From Guillardia theta CCMP2712 (lineage: Eukaryota; Protista; Cryptophyta): DNA of 64,000 bases. The position numbers and the translations under genes were made by a program. The DNA is taken from positions 153,204 through 217,203 of the forward strand of contig NW_005434553.1 in NCBI RefSeq assembly GCF_000315625.1. Reading direction: 5' to 3'. The notes below the pieces were generated by a model. The model saw only the letters and a program-made list of their open reading frames with translations, searched no databases and was not told where the DNA came from. This document shows positions 12,186 to 23,620 of the stretch, piece after piece (position 1 is the first letter of the stretch; each line of letters begins with the position of its first letter).

Positions 12186-13963
12186 GAGGTAAGGAAGGGG
12201 GGGGGCGGTTGAGGAGAGGAGGGAGGAGGAGAAGGAGAGACAAGAAGAGGGGGTGCGGGGGGCAAGAGGAGGAGGAGTCACCGGGTACCGTCTCTGCATC
12301 TCGCTCTCATCTGAGAACATCTTGGGGTCTTTGTGGACTCCGCAATCATGGTGATGAAACGCACTGACTGAGCTACCGGACGTCAAGACTGATTCTGACG
12401 ATTGCGACAGGTAGAATGACTTGGGGATGTCCAGGTAAGGCGCCAAGAAAGAGTACTTGGAGATCTTTGGTGGAAGAGTAGTGTTTGAAAGTGTGTTTTC
12501 GGATGTGTTGGCCCGAGATAGGTTCAAGTTGTTGTCCTTCATCAACACGTCCTCTTGGTGGTCAGGAGGTAGTTGCTCACTGATTGCAAACGATTCCAAC
12601 ATGGAAAGGATTTGCTAGAGAGTGATGTCATGAAATAACGGACATCTGACGAGTTGCAGGTTGTTACCTCCAGCCTCCTGTTGAGAACATTTTTCTCCCT
12701 ATTGCGACGTAACATGTCCCTCACAACCTCTACCACTGTTTCGAACCAAGATCACAAGAGCACAAAACAAGATCAACAAGATCAACAGGATCAACCAAAA
12801 TCAACAAGATCAACAAAGAATCATGTGTAATCAAGACAGACCAAGATAAAGAGGCGAGCTTGTTGAGTAGGAACTAATCTGTAAACAACATTCTTTCACC
12901 TGTTCTGTTTGCCTTGTCTCGGTGATAACATGGATTTATCCCTCTTTCAGCGGTCTGATTCATTTTCCAGCTCCTCAGGAGAAGTTTCGAAGCTTCAACA
13001 TGCCCGTTGACCGACGACCAACGGAGAGGAATAGATCCGGAGGACGTCGGAGATGAGACGTTTGCTCCTGCTCGTGGACACATGATCAGAAACAAGAGTT
13101 GTATCAGAGAGTGGAGCTGCGGTTCTTCACAAAACTTTCTCAACTACGTTTGAGCACTTCACTTCACATGATAGGCAATCACGTACAACATGGTCAAAGA
13201 TCTTATCCAGTGTATGATCGCATCTCAACCATTCATTTGCTTCTCACCCATCAAAATCAGCGTCTGCAATACATTCACATGCCCGTTGGAAGCCGCCATG
13301 TGGATAGGTTGTAATCCTGCGAAGGAGGAAAACAGAAAGACTGAGAATGCTGATGAAACAATTCTCCTGGGAAACCTTGCTTGTTTGCAGCTGACATGTT
13401 TGCTCCACTCTCAATCATCAACATCACGGCATCTGCGAAATTTTCAACTTTCCCCACTCCCCCAAGTCTGAGTGCCACCAATGTGCCCATGGACAGAGGC
13501 GATATGCAAGGGAGTGTTTGAGAAGCTGTCAACCACGGAAACGTTCCCACCTGCATCAAGATCGCATTACGGCAACACAAGGTGACTCAGTGAGAACTTT
13601 TCACCAAGTTCCAAGACAAGTCTCAAACACTCGATGTTTCCACATCTAGCAGCAAGATGCACGAAAGTCTGCTGGTAAGAAAGATCTGAAGAGCTTTTCA
13701 GCACATGCAAACCTCCCACACGATGCTTTCTCACCCGGCGCAGCCTCGTTCAAACTGATCCCGCCTCTCACAAAGTTCTGAACATCCTGGAGATTTCCAG
13801 CCTGCTCACAGTCAAACTCAACTCATGGCAAGAATGTATCTCAAAACGGTACAACCTTGATAGCTTCAACCATCAATGATCTCTTTGAGCTCATCGACAG
13901 CCCAGACATCATGTCGTTGAAGTTCCAACTCTTTCCATAAACGTCATCGTCTACGCGTTGCAT
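8960..13963 (-). CDS. Large multi-exon protein with N-terminal ankyrin repeats; 3' end uncertain, spans an N gap in an intron
   Basis: Exons at about 12975-13870 encode QTFVHLAARCGNIECLRLVLELG, SNTPLHIASVHGH, LQPIHMAASNGHVNVLQTLILMG and GANVSSPTSSGSIPLRWSSVNGHVEASKLLL. Further minus-strand exons (e.g. AEQYEEEIDKQWEER, ILQSDDDEEEETKGK, LKIFPAPRVALSELLDVVYVWK) continue toward about 9000. Their linkage into one gene is inferred. Confidence 0.6.
10620..10677. repeat. (GA)n microsatellite running into an N gap
   Basis: Pure GA dinucleotide run. Confidence 0.95.
12748..12825. repeat. Degenerate 9-bp tandem repeat (AAGATCAAC), intronic
   Basis: aagatcaac aagatcaac aggatcaac caaaatcaac aagatcaac. 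Confidence 0.7.
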
Positions 13964-14639
13964 GTCTGCTTGCTCAATCAAACTTTATTATCCTCCTCCC
14001 CTCTCATCATCGCCTCCCCTCCCCTCCCCCCCTCCAACCTTGCATGACTTCATTGCTGTCTCCTCCACGGAGAACAAGATGGCGAGCATGGCGACATGTA
14101 GTTGACAGAAGTTGGGCAGAGCCAGAGGCCTTGCAAGCACCTCCCATGTTGACTTCGGCAGATCGCATGCTGGCGTTACTCAGGAGCACGCAAAGAGTTT
14201 GGAACCAGAGGCCATGAACGACCACCCTCTGCCGTCTCCTCTCCCTTGGAAGCAAGAAGCATCCACCTTCACGGCGAGTCATACCAGCACTCATCTTCTC
14301 CCCAGCTCAAGGTTCTTCTCAGCCTTGCTCACTCTTACACGAGAGAAGTGAATGGCACGAACATGATCGACGGGTAGGAAAGGAAGCTGCCTGTGTCTGC
14401 AGCTTCCAAAGTTGGACGCCAGGACTCAGCGAGCAAGGCAGGACCAGGATCATGCTCTCTTGACAGAATCCTTCACCTCATCTTATCTCGATCACGCCAT
14501 GTTACTTCAACACATCTCCTCTCGTCCCCTCTCGTCCCCTCTCGTCCCCTCTCGTCTCGTCTCCTCCCATCCCATCCCATCGTATCTCAACTCGTCGCAT
14601 CCGCCATAGTCACTGTCTTCAAAGTGCTGCCTGAGGCGG

Positions 14640-15430
14640 GCTGGAATTTTTTTCGGAGCCTAGTAGTAGGTCAGAAAATTGAACTTCGGAACTTGAGTTC
14701 CGGAGAAGTTCCGGCCGGAGGCTGAGCGCCGAGGCTGGCCCGGTGTACTCAAGTTCCGAGTTCCGAAGTTCAGTGTCACCGTCACCGTGTGAGTCTGACA
14801 GTGTGGGCCCGGCCCGGCGCCCGTCGGCACACCGTGGGCCCGTGCCGAGTCCGACGGACTCCCGAGTCCGGAGCCGCTCAGAGTCCCGGCAGGGAGTCCC
14901 GGGCGCCGCCCGGCGGCCGGGCCCGGCCACCGTGACGGTCACCGGGGCCCGCCCGGGCCGGCCCGGGCATCCGCAGGTTGCGGAGAGCCTGATCCGACTG
15001 CCGCCGTAACTTACTAGCCAGCCTGGCAGGCCCTTGTCAACCCGGCGTGGTCCGATCAGTGACTGAGCTTGTGGCCGCCGGAGTCGGCAGGCGGCCGGAC
15101 TCCGGGATGAGGGTTGGTTCTTCGCCGGTCCGACTGTCCGATCTTTTCTCTTTGCAACCGTATGGGCCAGCTGTGCGGCGACAGTCACGGTCAGCTGCGC
15201 GGCCAGTGGGGTCAGGCCTCAGGCTACTGCCGCGAGTGCGGCAACGTTACGCGTCTGCCCCGCATCTACTATCATCAGTAGCCCCAGGCTTGGTGCCAGT
15301 GCCGCCAAGGCTCACGTCATTACCGTGACATCATTCACTGCAGCAGTGCGAGGAGGTGAAGTCCGATCAAACTGTGACCGTACTAGCATGGCACAGCGGC
15401 CCGGACCTTGTTAACGGTCTACGGTCACTG
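14640..15430. promoter_or_regulatory. GC/CCGG-rich intergenic island full of short palindromes; function unknown
   Basis: Repeated ccgggccgg, gggccc, gtgacggtcac, ccgagtcc and gaactt/aagttc words. No coherent ORF. Confidence 0.45.
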
Positions 15431-15499
15431 TCAGACACGTGGCACACCGACAACAACGAAAGCTGGTAGAGCTCCTACCACACTGTCTCTAAGTCAGAC

Positions 15500-16819
15500 T
15501 CTGAGAGGCAATCATCCGAATATAGACGTTGGACGATGACTGCGATGCGCAGGAGATGAAATGTCGCGGCGCGACCCCACCAGCAGTGATTGCTGAGAGC
15601 GCGAGAAGTTTGTGTGAACAACCATATCACGATGAAGCCGCTGAAGACTCAGAGACAAAGTCAGAGGGAAAAGCTGATTTGATAATCAGAGAGCAAGCAA
15701 ACCACAGGCAGCGTATCGCATTGTTGTGCACTGAAAGTTTTGTATTATCCTCTCTTTCCATTCAGCAGCCCTTTTTCTTGCTGGGTTGGCAGATGGAGGT
15801 TTTGCCAAACAAGCGTGTAAGATTGAGAGCTCCTGAGGCGTGAAAAGAGGCAAGAATAGTTCAAACGTTTGCGGAATAAAATCTTGCAGTATTGTTCTCC
15901 CAACCACAACAACAGAGTTGCCATCACATGCTCTTTCTAGGCTGCTCACCAGACTAACTAGGTTCTTGTTTGCATGTGTAATTAGCTGTTTGCGCCATGT
16001 ACCAACGAGCGTTGGGAGTTCATATCTATCGGTGTACATCTCTCTTCCTCACCACCGCAGTGACTAGCATTTAACCGAGGGTCTGTTTCCTTCCGCGATG
16101 ACAACACAAGTCGACATCTTGACCGCTCAAAAAGCAATATGAAGACTTGCTTTGTGCCCTGACGCAGCCTCATCTACCAAACCCAGTGACTGTCAATGTG
16201 CTGTTGCCCTCAACCTTGCAACAACTCATCATCACAGGCCCCGAGGGTACTAAGTTTCTCCATTGTCAACTTCGTTGCCATAGATGCTTTCAAAGAGTGA
16301 TATTGATCAAGTGGGATCGGCGCGTGTGTACTTCATGTCCTGTTGCTCGCAGGACGTTTCGAACTGACTCTCACTCCTTCACCCGCTTCAGCTCAGCCAC
16401 ACAAACGGAGCACTGCAATGATTCCATGAGGCACAGGGAGAAGAAGGTAAGAGACCGATGCGTCTTATCCTTGTGTCATCCACGTTGTCACAAGAGAACA
16501 ACAAGGCTTCTTGTGCTGCACTGCGCCGACCTCCGTCTGCTTGTCGACGTTTTCTTTCGATTTCCCTTTTTTTTTTGTAGTGTCTCCTTTGCTGACATTT
16601 TTTTTGCGTTGCTGACAGTCGGTTCCGAGGATATGTTTGTGAAAAAGAGTCTTTTTGATACCGGTGGTACTCTTTGGTGGCCAATGGTGACAGAAGATAA
16701 CTGAAGAATCAGTTGGGGGNNNNNNNNNNNNNNNNNNNNNNNNNNNNNNNNNNNNNNNNNNNNNNNNNNNNNNNNNNNNNNNNNNNNNNNNNNNNNNNNN
16801 NNNNNNNNNNNNNNNNNNN

Positions 16820-16895
<76 letters not shown>

Positions 16896-17535
16896 GAGGG
16901 GTGGGGGGAGTGCAACTGGGAAGTAACAAGTAGATACAGAGACTGTATGATTGATAGAGGGGATGTAAAAGGAGGTGACAGAATGATGGGCAATGATGAC
17001 ATGTACTGCAAAAGTTGTCCAGCAGAAAAGAGGGAGGAATAGTCAAAGAAGAGGCAGAGAAAGACGGCAATGGTAATGAAGAATGGTGATCAGAAAGAGG
17101 GAAGGGGGCAGGGGGGAAGCGAGCGACAGGATTCAGAGTGACTCGGTTGTGAGTTAACAAGATTGAGGAGAACCAAAGAAAGTGAGGGAGAACTGGAGAA
17201 GGGAATGAAGCTGGTGGTAATGCCATGCCAAGACAATGAGAGAGTACGAGTTCGACCGAGAGTACAAGATAATTGATTATGATAAGCACGTAGAAAATGA
17301 AAGATCACAATTATCCTAACGGTCAGAAACAAATAGAGCCAACATTCGGCGTGACTTGCACATGCCCAATGTCGTTGAACTCAAGCAGGATTAAAGGTTT
17401 CAGAGTTAAGCAATGCGTGTGTTTCAGGTCATTCAACGAATCTATCGGAGGGTGAAGGAAGCAATCAAGGTAGGCTTGTAAGCCAGACTCTCTAGAAATG
17501 CAACAGCCTCGATTGTTCTGCTGGGCAACATCCAT
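15500..17535 (-). CDS. Hypothetical multi-exon protein; both ends uncertain
   Basis: Non-repetitive minus-strand ORF segments (17323-17535, 16388-16696, 15686-16039) separated by splice-like sites. No recognisable domain. Confidence 0.35.
16820..16892. repeat. (GA)n microsatellite next to an N gap
   Basis: Pure GA run. Confidence 0.95.
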
Positions 17536-17609
17536 GGCAAGCAATGCTTAGGATCCAACTTTAAACCTGCCACCTTCCACTGAGCAAATCAAGAGTAACC
17601 TTTACAATT

Positions 17610-18814
17610 ATGCGGAGCAATTCCACATTGCCTGCAGAGAAACGAAGAAAGCAAGTCCCCATAGCTTGCATCGTTTGTGCGAAAGCCAAGGCTGCATGTA
17701 GCGATACTCGCCCTTGCGATAGATGCGTCAGGCTAGCCAAGCAGGACCAGTGTGTGGACAGCGCAGACGTGCGGGCAAGATGGTGGTCGGAGCGGTCGAG
17801 CGAGGAGCTGGCGGAGCTGCCGACGTCGACCAAGAGGTCGCGGGCAGCTCGGTCGGGCTTCGGGTGGCAGGACACGAGCTTCTTCAACTCCAGCCACTAC
17901 CAGCTGCCCAAGAACGTGGCGTGCTTCGCGTGCAACAAGGCCAAGGCTCGCTGCAACGGACGGCGACCATGCTCGAGGTGNNNNNNNNNNNNNNNNNNNN
18001 NNNNNNNNNNNNNNNNNNNNNNNNNNNNNNNNNNNNNNNNNNNNNNNNNNNNNNNNNNNNNNNNNNNNNNNNNNNNNNNNNNNNNNNNNNNNNNNNNNNN
18101 NNNNNNNNNNNNNNNNNNNNNNNNNNNNNNNNNNNNNNNNNNNNNNNNNNNNNNNNNNNNNNNNNNNNNNNNNNNNNNNNNNNNNNNNNNNNNNNNNNNN
18201 NNNNNNNNNNNNNNNNNNNNNNNNNNNNNNNNNNNNNNNNNNNNNNNNNNNNNNNNNNNNNNNNNNNNNNNNNNNNNNNNNNNNNNNNNNNNNNNNNNNN
18301 NNNNNNNNNNNNNNNNNNNNNNNNNNNNNNNNNNNNNNNNNNNNNNNNNNNNNNNNNNNNNNNNNNNNNNNNNNNNNNNNNNNNNNNNNNNNNNNNNNNN
18401 NNNNNNNNNNNNNNNNNNNNNNNNNNNNNNNNNNNNNNNNNNNNNNNNNNNNNNNNNNNNNNNNNNNNNNNNNNNNNNNNNNNNNNNNNNNNNNNNNNNN
18501 NNNNNNNNNNNNNNNNNNNNNNNNNNNNNNNNNNNNNNNNNNNNNNNCTGAGGCCGGGAGCAGAGGCGGGGCTGCTGTCACTAGGGGATGGGTTGGGTCG
18601 GTCGGGGTGGCCGCGAGGAGACGGGGAGGTAGGAGAGCAGGGGTTGAGCAGCGAGGCAGCGGAGAGGTTGCTGAGGCGAGGGATGGAAGCGATTGCAGCG
18701 GGGAGGGAGCAAGAGACGACGCTGAGGGCAGAGATGGCTGGGGGAGATCAGCCGGGAAGGATACAGGTGAGGGTGAGGGAGCTGAGGGAGAGAGCGGAAG
18801 GAGGGGGAGGATGA
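17610..18814 (+). CDS. Zn(II)2Cys6 binuclear-cluster transcription factor with two tandem clusters, copy A (N gap 17981-18547)
   Basis: KRRKQVPIACIVCAKAKAACSDTRPCDRCVRLAKQDQC fits CX2CX6CX5CX2CX8C. A second cluster, ACFACNKAKARCNGRRPCSR, runs into the gap. A Gly-rich C-terminus follows the gap. Confidence 0.85.
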
Positions 18815-20567
18815 CAGGGAGGCGGCAAGAAGGGAAGGGAGGACGGTGCGGTAGTCGAAGCTAAGATTCTGACATGTTCTGGCAGAACGATTTTCAGTCT
18901 ATCGACCCGGGGTTGATCCACGGAGATCAGCAAGAATCAGGTCTCTTCTTTGAACTGAATGCTCCTGATTAGCAGATTTCATCAGCTCCAAACTTGTTTT
19001 ATGTGTATTACATTGTATGTGAAGTGATTCTGTAAATCAATTTTTATTAAACCATTTCGTCAATCGCGTTTGATGATTGTTTCTCCTCATGTAATCTGGA
19101 GTGCAACTAGCCTGACTCGGTTGAAACTTTTCAACTTCATAACAAGGCTCCTGGTCAAAGATTCAAAATTCAGGAGAGGAACTTTGAGAATTGAGGCAAG
19201 CTTGGCCAGGTTGAAAGGTCCACATCAAATGAATCATCCCCGTTGTCCTTGAATTGAGACATTTCATTTTGTTTCAGCATTGAAGCTTCATCGGCCAAAT
19301 TATCCAACACGCCCTGCTAAGACATTGTTACCGACGAACATCTCAGTATTTCATGTATTCCTGCTGCTTTCCCTCCCAACCCCCCCCACCAATCACACCT
19401 TCTTGCCGCCTCCCTGTCATCCTCCCCCTCCTTCCGCTCTCTCCCTCAGCTCCCTCACCCTCACCTGTATCCTTCCCGGCTGATCTCCCCCAGCCATCTC
19501 TGCCCTCAGCGTCGTCTCTTGCTCCCTCCCCGCTGCAATCGCTTCCATCCCTCGCCTCAGCAACCTCTCCGCTGCCTCGCTGCTCAACCCCTGCTCTCCT
19601 ACCTCCCCGTCTCCTCGCGGCCACCCCGACCGACCGACCATCCCCAGTGACAGCAGCCCCGCCTCTGCTCCCGGCCTCAGCTCCTCCTGCCATCGCTGTC
19701 CCTCTCGCTCTCCTCGCCAGCTCGCCATCATCTCTCCTCGCCCTCCCCCTGCGAGCGTCGCCCTGGACAAGATTCCTCCGCCCACCCCCCACCCCGCGAC
19801 GCTCTGACCGCTCGTCAGCTCCAGGCCTCTCGTCTGCTCCTTCCTGTACCATCCCGCTGCTCCTCCTGCACGTACAGCCTCCTGCATCACCAGACTCCCC
19901 ACCACCCCTGGCATCCCGTAGCCTCTCTCCATCAAGCTCCTCCCGCCCCACCCCCTTGCCGTCGGCTCCACTCCCGCCACCAACCCCACCAGCAGCTCCG
20001 GCGGCGCTGGCAGCTCGCCTGCCTGCCCCGCTGCCGTCTCTCCGGTCGTCAGCCCAACCNNNNNNNNNNNNNNNNNNNNNNNNNNNNNNNNNNNNNNNNN
20101 NNNNNNNNNNNNNNNNNNNNNNNNNNNNNNNNNNNNNNNNNNNNNNNNNNNNNNNNNNNNNNNNNNNNNNNNNNNNNNNNNNNNNNNNNNNNNNNNNNNN
20201 NNNNNNNNNNNNNNNNNNNNNNNNNNNNNNNNNNNNNNNNNNNNNNNNNNNNNNNNNNNNNNNNNNNNNNNNNNNNNNNNGCCTTGGCCTTGTTGCACGC
20301 GAAGCACGCCACGTTCTTGGGCAGCTGGTAGTGGCTGGAGTTGAAGAAGCTCGTGTCCTGCCACCCGAAGCCCGACCGAGCTGCCCGCGACCTCTTGGTC
20401 GACGTCGGCAGCTCCGCCAGCTCCTCGCTCGACCGCTCCGACCACCATCTTGCCCGCACGTCTGCGCTGTCCACACACTGGTCCTGCTTGGCTAGCCTGA
20501 CGCATCTAGCGCAAGGGCGAGTATCGCTACATGCAGCCTTGGCTTTCGCACAGACGATACATGCTAT
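17661..20567. repeat. Inverted duplication: arms about 17661-18833 and 19398-20567, unique spacer about 565 bp
   Basis: The sequenced parts of the two arms are reverse complements with few mismatches. Arm lengths including the N gaps agree within a few bp. Confidence 0.9.
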
Positions 20568-20728
20568 ATGTACCTGATTGCAATGGTGTGACAAACGTAT
20601 CAGATGCATGTGGTTGAATGATGGACTACCTGTTTTCTTCTCTTTTTTTGCCCTGTTTCTTCGCAGATGAAGTCCTGCTGGAAGTGGTCGCTTTCTGAAC
20701 TCATCTGCAAAGTTTTCATGCTCTTCAT
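19417..20728 (-). CDS. Zn(II)2Cys6 transcription factor with two tandem clusters, copy B (inverted duplicate; intron 20574-20629; N gap 20060-20280)
   Basis: Near-identical reverse complement of copy A. A 56-nt GT-AG intron joins (MKSMKTLQ)MSSESDHFQQDFICEETGQKKRRKQ|VHIACIVCAKAKAAC. The start could be 20704, 20719 or 20728. Confidence 0.85.
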
Positions 20729-21479
20729 GCTTGAAGCTGCATATCAAGTCTTCTTAAGTGATGGACGAGGAAAAATATTGTTCATGAGTACTGCTTGGCA
20801 ACTGGCCTGCAAAATTTTGAAGCTCACTTCACTGCATCAGTTGAGAGTGAAATAAAGTTGAGAGAGGAGATGTGTTAATATCAAGACAAAACTAATGATG
20901 ATAACGGAGACTTGAAATGCACAAAATTATTCATCCTTTCTCCGTTTGCTCTTTCTACCTACTTTCCTTGTTTCGTGGCCAGCTAATCATTTACACCGAG
21001 GAAGAATTCCGCCCTGGTTGCTTCCTATCCCTTTGACCGTATGTCTATCACACAACTTGGAGCATGTAAATCAATCGCCTCTGAGAAAAGAATTCTTCTC
21101 ACTTTCTACGTCACGTTCTTTCCAACTTCTATCTCGTTCTTGGTCACCGTCTGCCGCAACCTTCGACGCGCTCCTCTTGATTTCTAATCAAGTTGTCGCA
21201 AGCAACTTCCACTAGGACTCAGGAGCAGACATCTAGCGCAGTTCCCGCCTATCCCTGCAACCTAACAGCACTCTTCTTTCCTAGGAATGTCGCTGCACAA
21301 ACAGCTCTTTTCATTCCCTCCATGGCGACTGAAGGATTTTCTCCCCTCTTCGTCTCGTCTCATCTCTACGTCTCGCCATCCTTCCGCGCGGGTGTAGCTT
21401 ATCTAGTTGTGCTATCACGTTGGTCACGGTCTAGAGCCTTCCTAGGACCACTTTCCTATGTCATACTATGATCTCGAGA

Positions 21480-22130
21480 TCTATCTTTATCATAGCCCAC
21501 CCGTACCCCTTGTTCCTAGAGTTCACACACCTGCTTCTTTGACCACCCGTCCGTTCTACTGTCAAAGGGCTCATTATTGGCCCTTTTTCGCTTCAAGTCA
21601 CCACCCCACCATCCAATTTGACCATCTGAAGTTGCTCGTGTCTCACTTCGACCCTACCCTACACGAGTATATCTCGCCTTACACACGTCAACCCGTGCTA
21701 TCCCCCACCCTCCTGCTTACTACCCTCTACCCCCCTCTTTGTCATCCTTCAACCTCAACCCCTCTTCCCAGATACAACTCCCTCCTCGTCCCGTGACTCA
21801 CTTGAAATTTTCAATCGAGCCCTCGGTAGAAATACCCCAGCAGACCTACTACCCATCACCCTATGATGTGTCCCAGGGAGATAAGTACCCTTGTGACCCT
21901 CCACCCCAACTCCTTCATCATGTACCACCTACGAAAGTCACATCGCTACCAGCGATGACCCCCTACCCACCCCAATGGTTGGAGCATTGACCATTCAAGG
22001 CTGTATCTCGAAAAGTTATTTTTTCACTCTATCTCCCCCTGCGGACAAACCCGTAGTTGTCGGACGGGTCCTTTTACAGCGATTTGGATGGTCCCTGACG
22101 AAGGGGTGCCCAATCTTTACCACACGACGA
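21480..22130. other. C-rich non-coding tract (CCCACCC / TACCC words)
   Basis: Same vocabulary as the other intergenic G/C-skewed tracts. No credible ORF. Confidence 0.5.
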
Positions 22131-22254
22131 TCTTATGATTTAACTAAAATTGCTTTGAAAGCAAAAAAAAGAAGGGGAAAATGTAAGAAAAAAGAAAAAA
22201 GAAAAAAGAAAATGAAGGGGAAAAAAAAGGCCGTCGGGGTCGGACACTGTGAGC

Positions 22255-23620
22255 ATGGCAGGCTGCTTCCGAAGATCCGCAAGGCAGGACTTTGACGCCG
22301 CAATGTGGCTGCTATGACAACCCATGACTGCACTTGGAAGGCTACATGCAACACATGCTCAAGGCTGAATTCTTCATGCGTTCTTTCTTAGTTGGGGTGA
22401 CTGATGTAGGGGAAAGAACAACGGTCTCACGTGCAGACAATCGATGTGGAAGTCGTTCTTAGTCAAAGACATTCACATGATATACTTTATGATTGTAGAT
22501 GAGCTGCCAATAAAATCAAAGAACCAAGTATGCTTACACTCTTCGCCGTGGCCCTTTGCGTGAGCTTCTGCTAGACTTCATTTGATCTTGATTGTAAAAC
22601 AATGATCACCTATTATCCATGTTTCGAGTTACGCGATGGACACCCCACAGTATTGCTCTTACTGAATGGATTCGATATATGTCAATGATTGCCTCATGAC
22701 AAGCTCTCATCCCATCTAATGAGCTTCAGGCTTACCTCAAACATGAACTATTGAGCAATTGCAGTATCTGCACCGTGTGCATCGCAAGGAGTCATGAGGA
22801 ACACTGATACGACTTGCACGGCCACGAAACAGGATGCCAGGGCTCAATATTCTACCTGAAAGACTGCTCTAGCTTGTGGTGATCTAGTAAACTCATCCTA
22901 AATTGTGTTGGATTTTGACTCGCAGGGGCTGTTTTTCAACACCTTGCTGCTTGACGATCTTTTCAATCGCATCGCAGAAATCCAAAGGTCTCGACGCAAG
23001 CAATGGATACAAACAGCTTTCCGCCTCGTGATTGCATGATAAGAATTCATCTTTTGCTCAAGAGAACAGAGACCTTTGATCTTGATGTCCTACCCTATCG
23101 CAACCGAGCGCTCTCCAATAAATTTCACGACAAAACCCTGTTGCAACACCTCGAACGGCTAGCGTGTTATAGAGGCAGCGAGGTGTTGAAAGATAATGTA
23201 GAATGGCTGTCAGCACCAAGATTTCACTATTTGTGAGGCGAGCGCGATTTCAAGAGGATTTGCCCGTTCGACCAATGTCCGCAAGGAGAAACTTAAGGAT
23301 AATCGGTTGAAGAGGCTCTTGCATCGGTGAAGGTGTATCGATGCTAGCCTTGCTCTGTGAGTTCTTCGTATGCTGGCGCAGAGCTTGACGACAATTGAAG
23401 ATACAATAGATGCCTTACAAAAAGAACTCAGCTGTTACTCAACTCCATTCATTATCCCATAATCTTTTGATGCACAAACCAGCCGTGACAACACCGTACA
23501 CTGGTGCAACCACACTGCTGTAGAGTTAGAGCGCAAGAGCTCGGTGAGCTTGCTAGCACCCACGGACTCCACAGTCTGGAGTGATCCAGTCAACTTCGCG
23601 CCAACTGCTCCAGTCGTCTC
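22255..23620 (+). CDS. Hypothetical multi-exon protein; ends uncertain
   Basis: Plus-strand short exons with GT/AG boundaries, e.g. GLFFNTLLLDDLFNRIAEIQRSRRKQWIQTAFRL and TFDLDVLPYRNRALSNKFHDKTLLQHLERLACYRGSEVLKDNVEWLSAPRFHY. Confidence 0.4.

Noticed and set aside
14619-15328. Gly/Pro/Arg-rich ORFs in the GC islands (also 37280-38021)
   Set aside because: Open frames are expected at this GC content, and they show no domain or splice support.
19353-20495. Pro/Ser-rich plus-strand ORF
   Set aside because: It is antisense to Zn2Cys6 copy B in GC-rich sequence.
17661-20567. Inverted arms as terminal inverted repeats of a DNA transposon
   Set aside because: The arms are whole transcription-factor coding regions, and no transposase or target-site duplication was seen.
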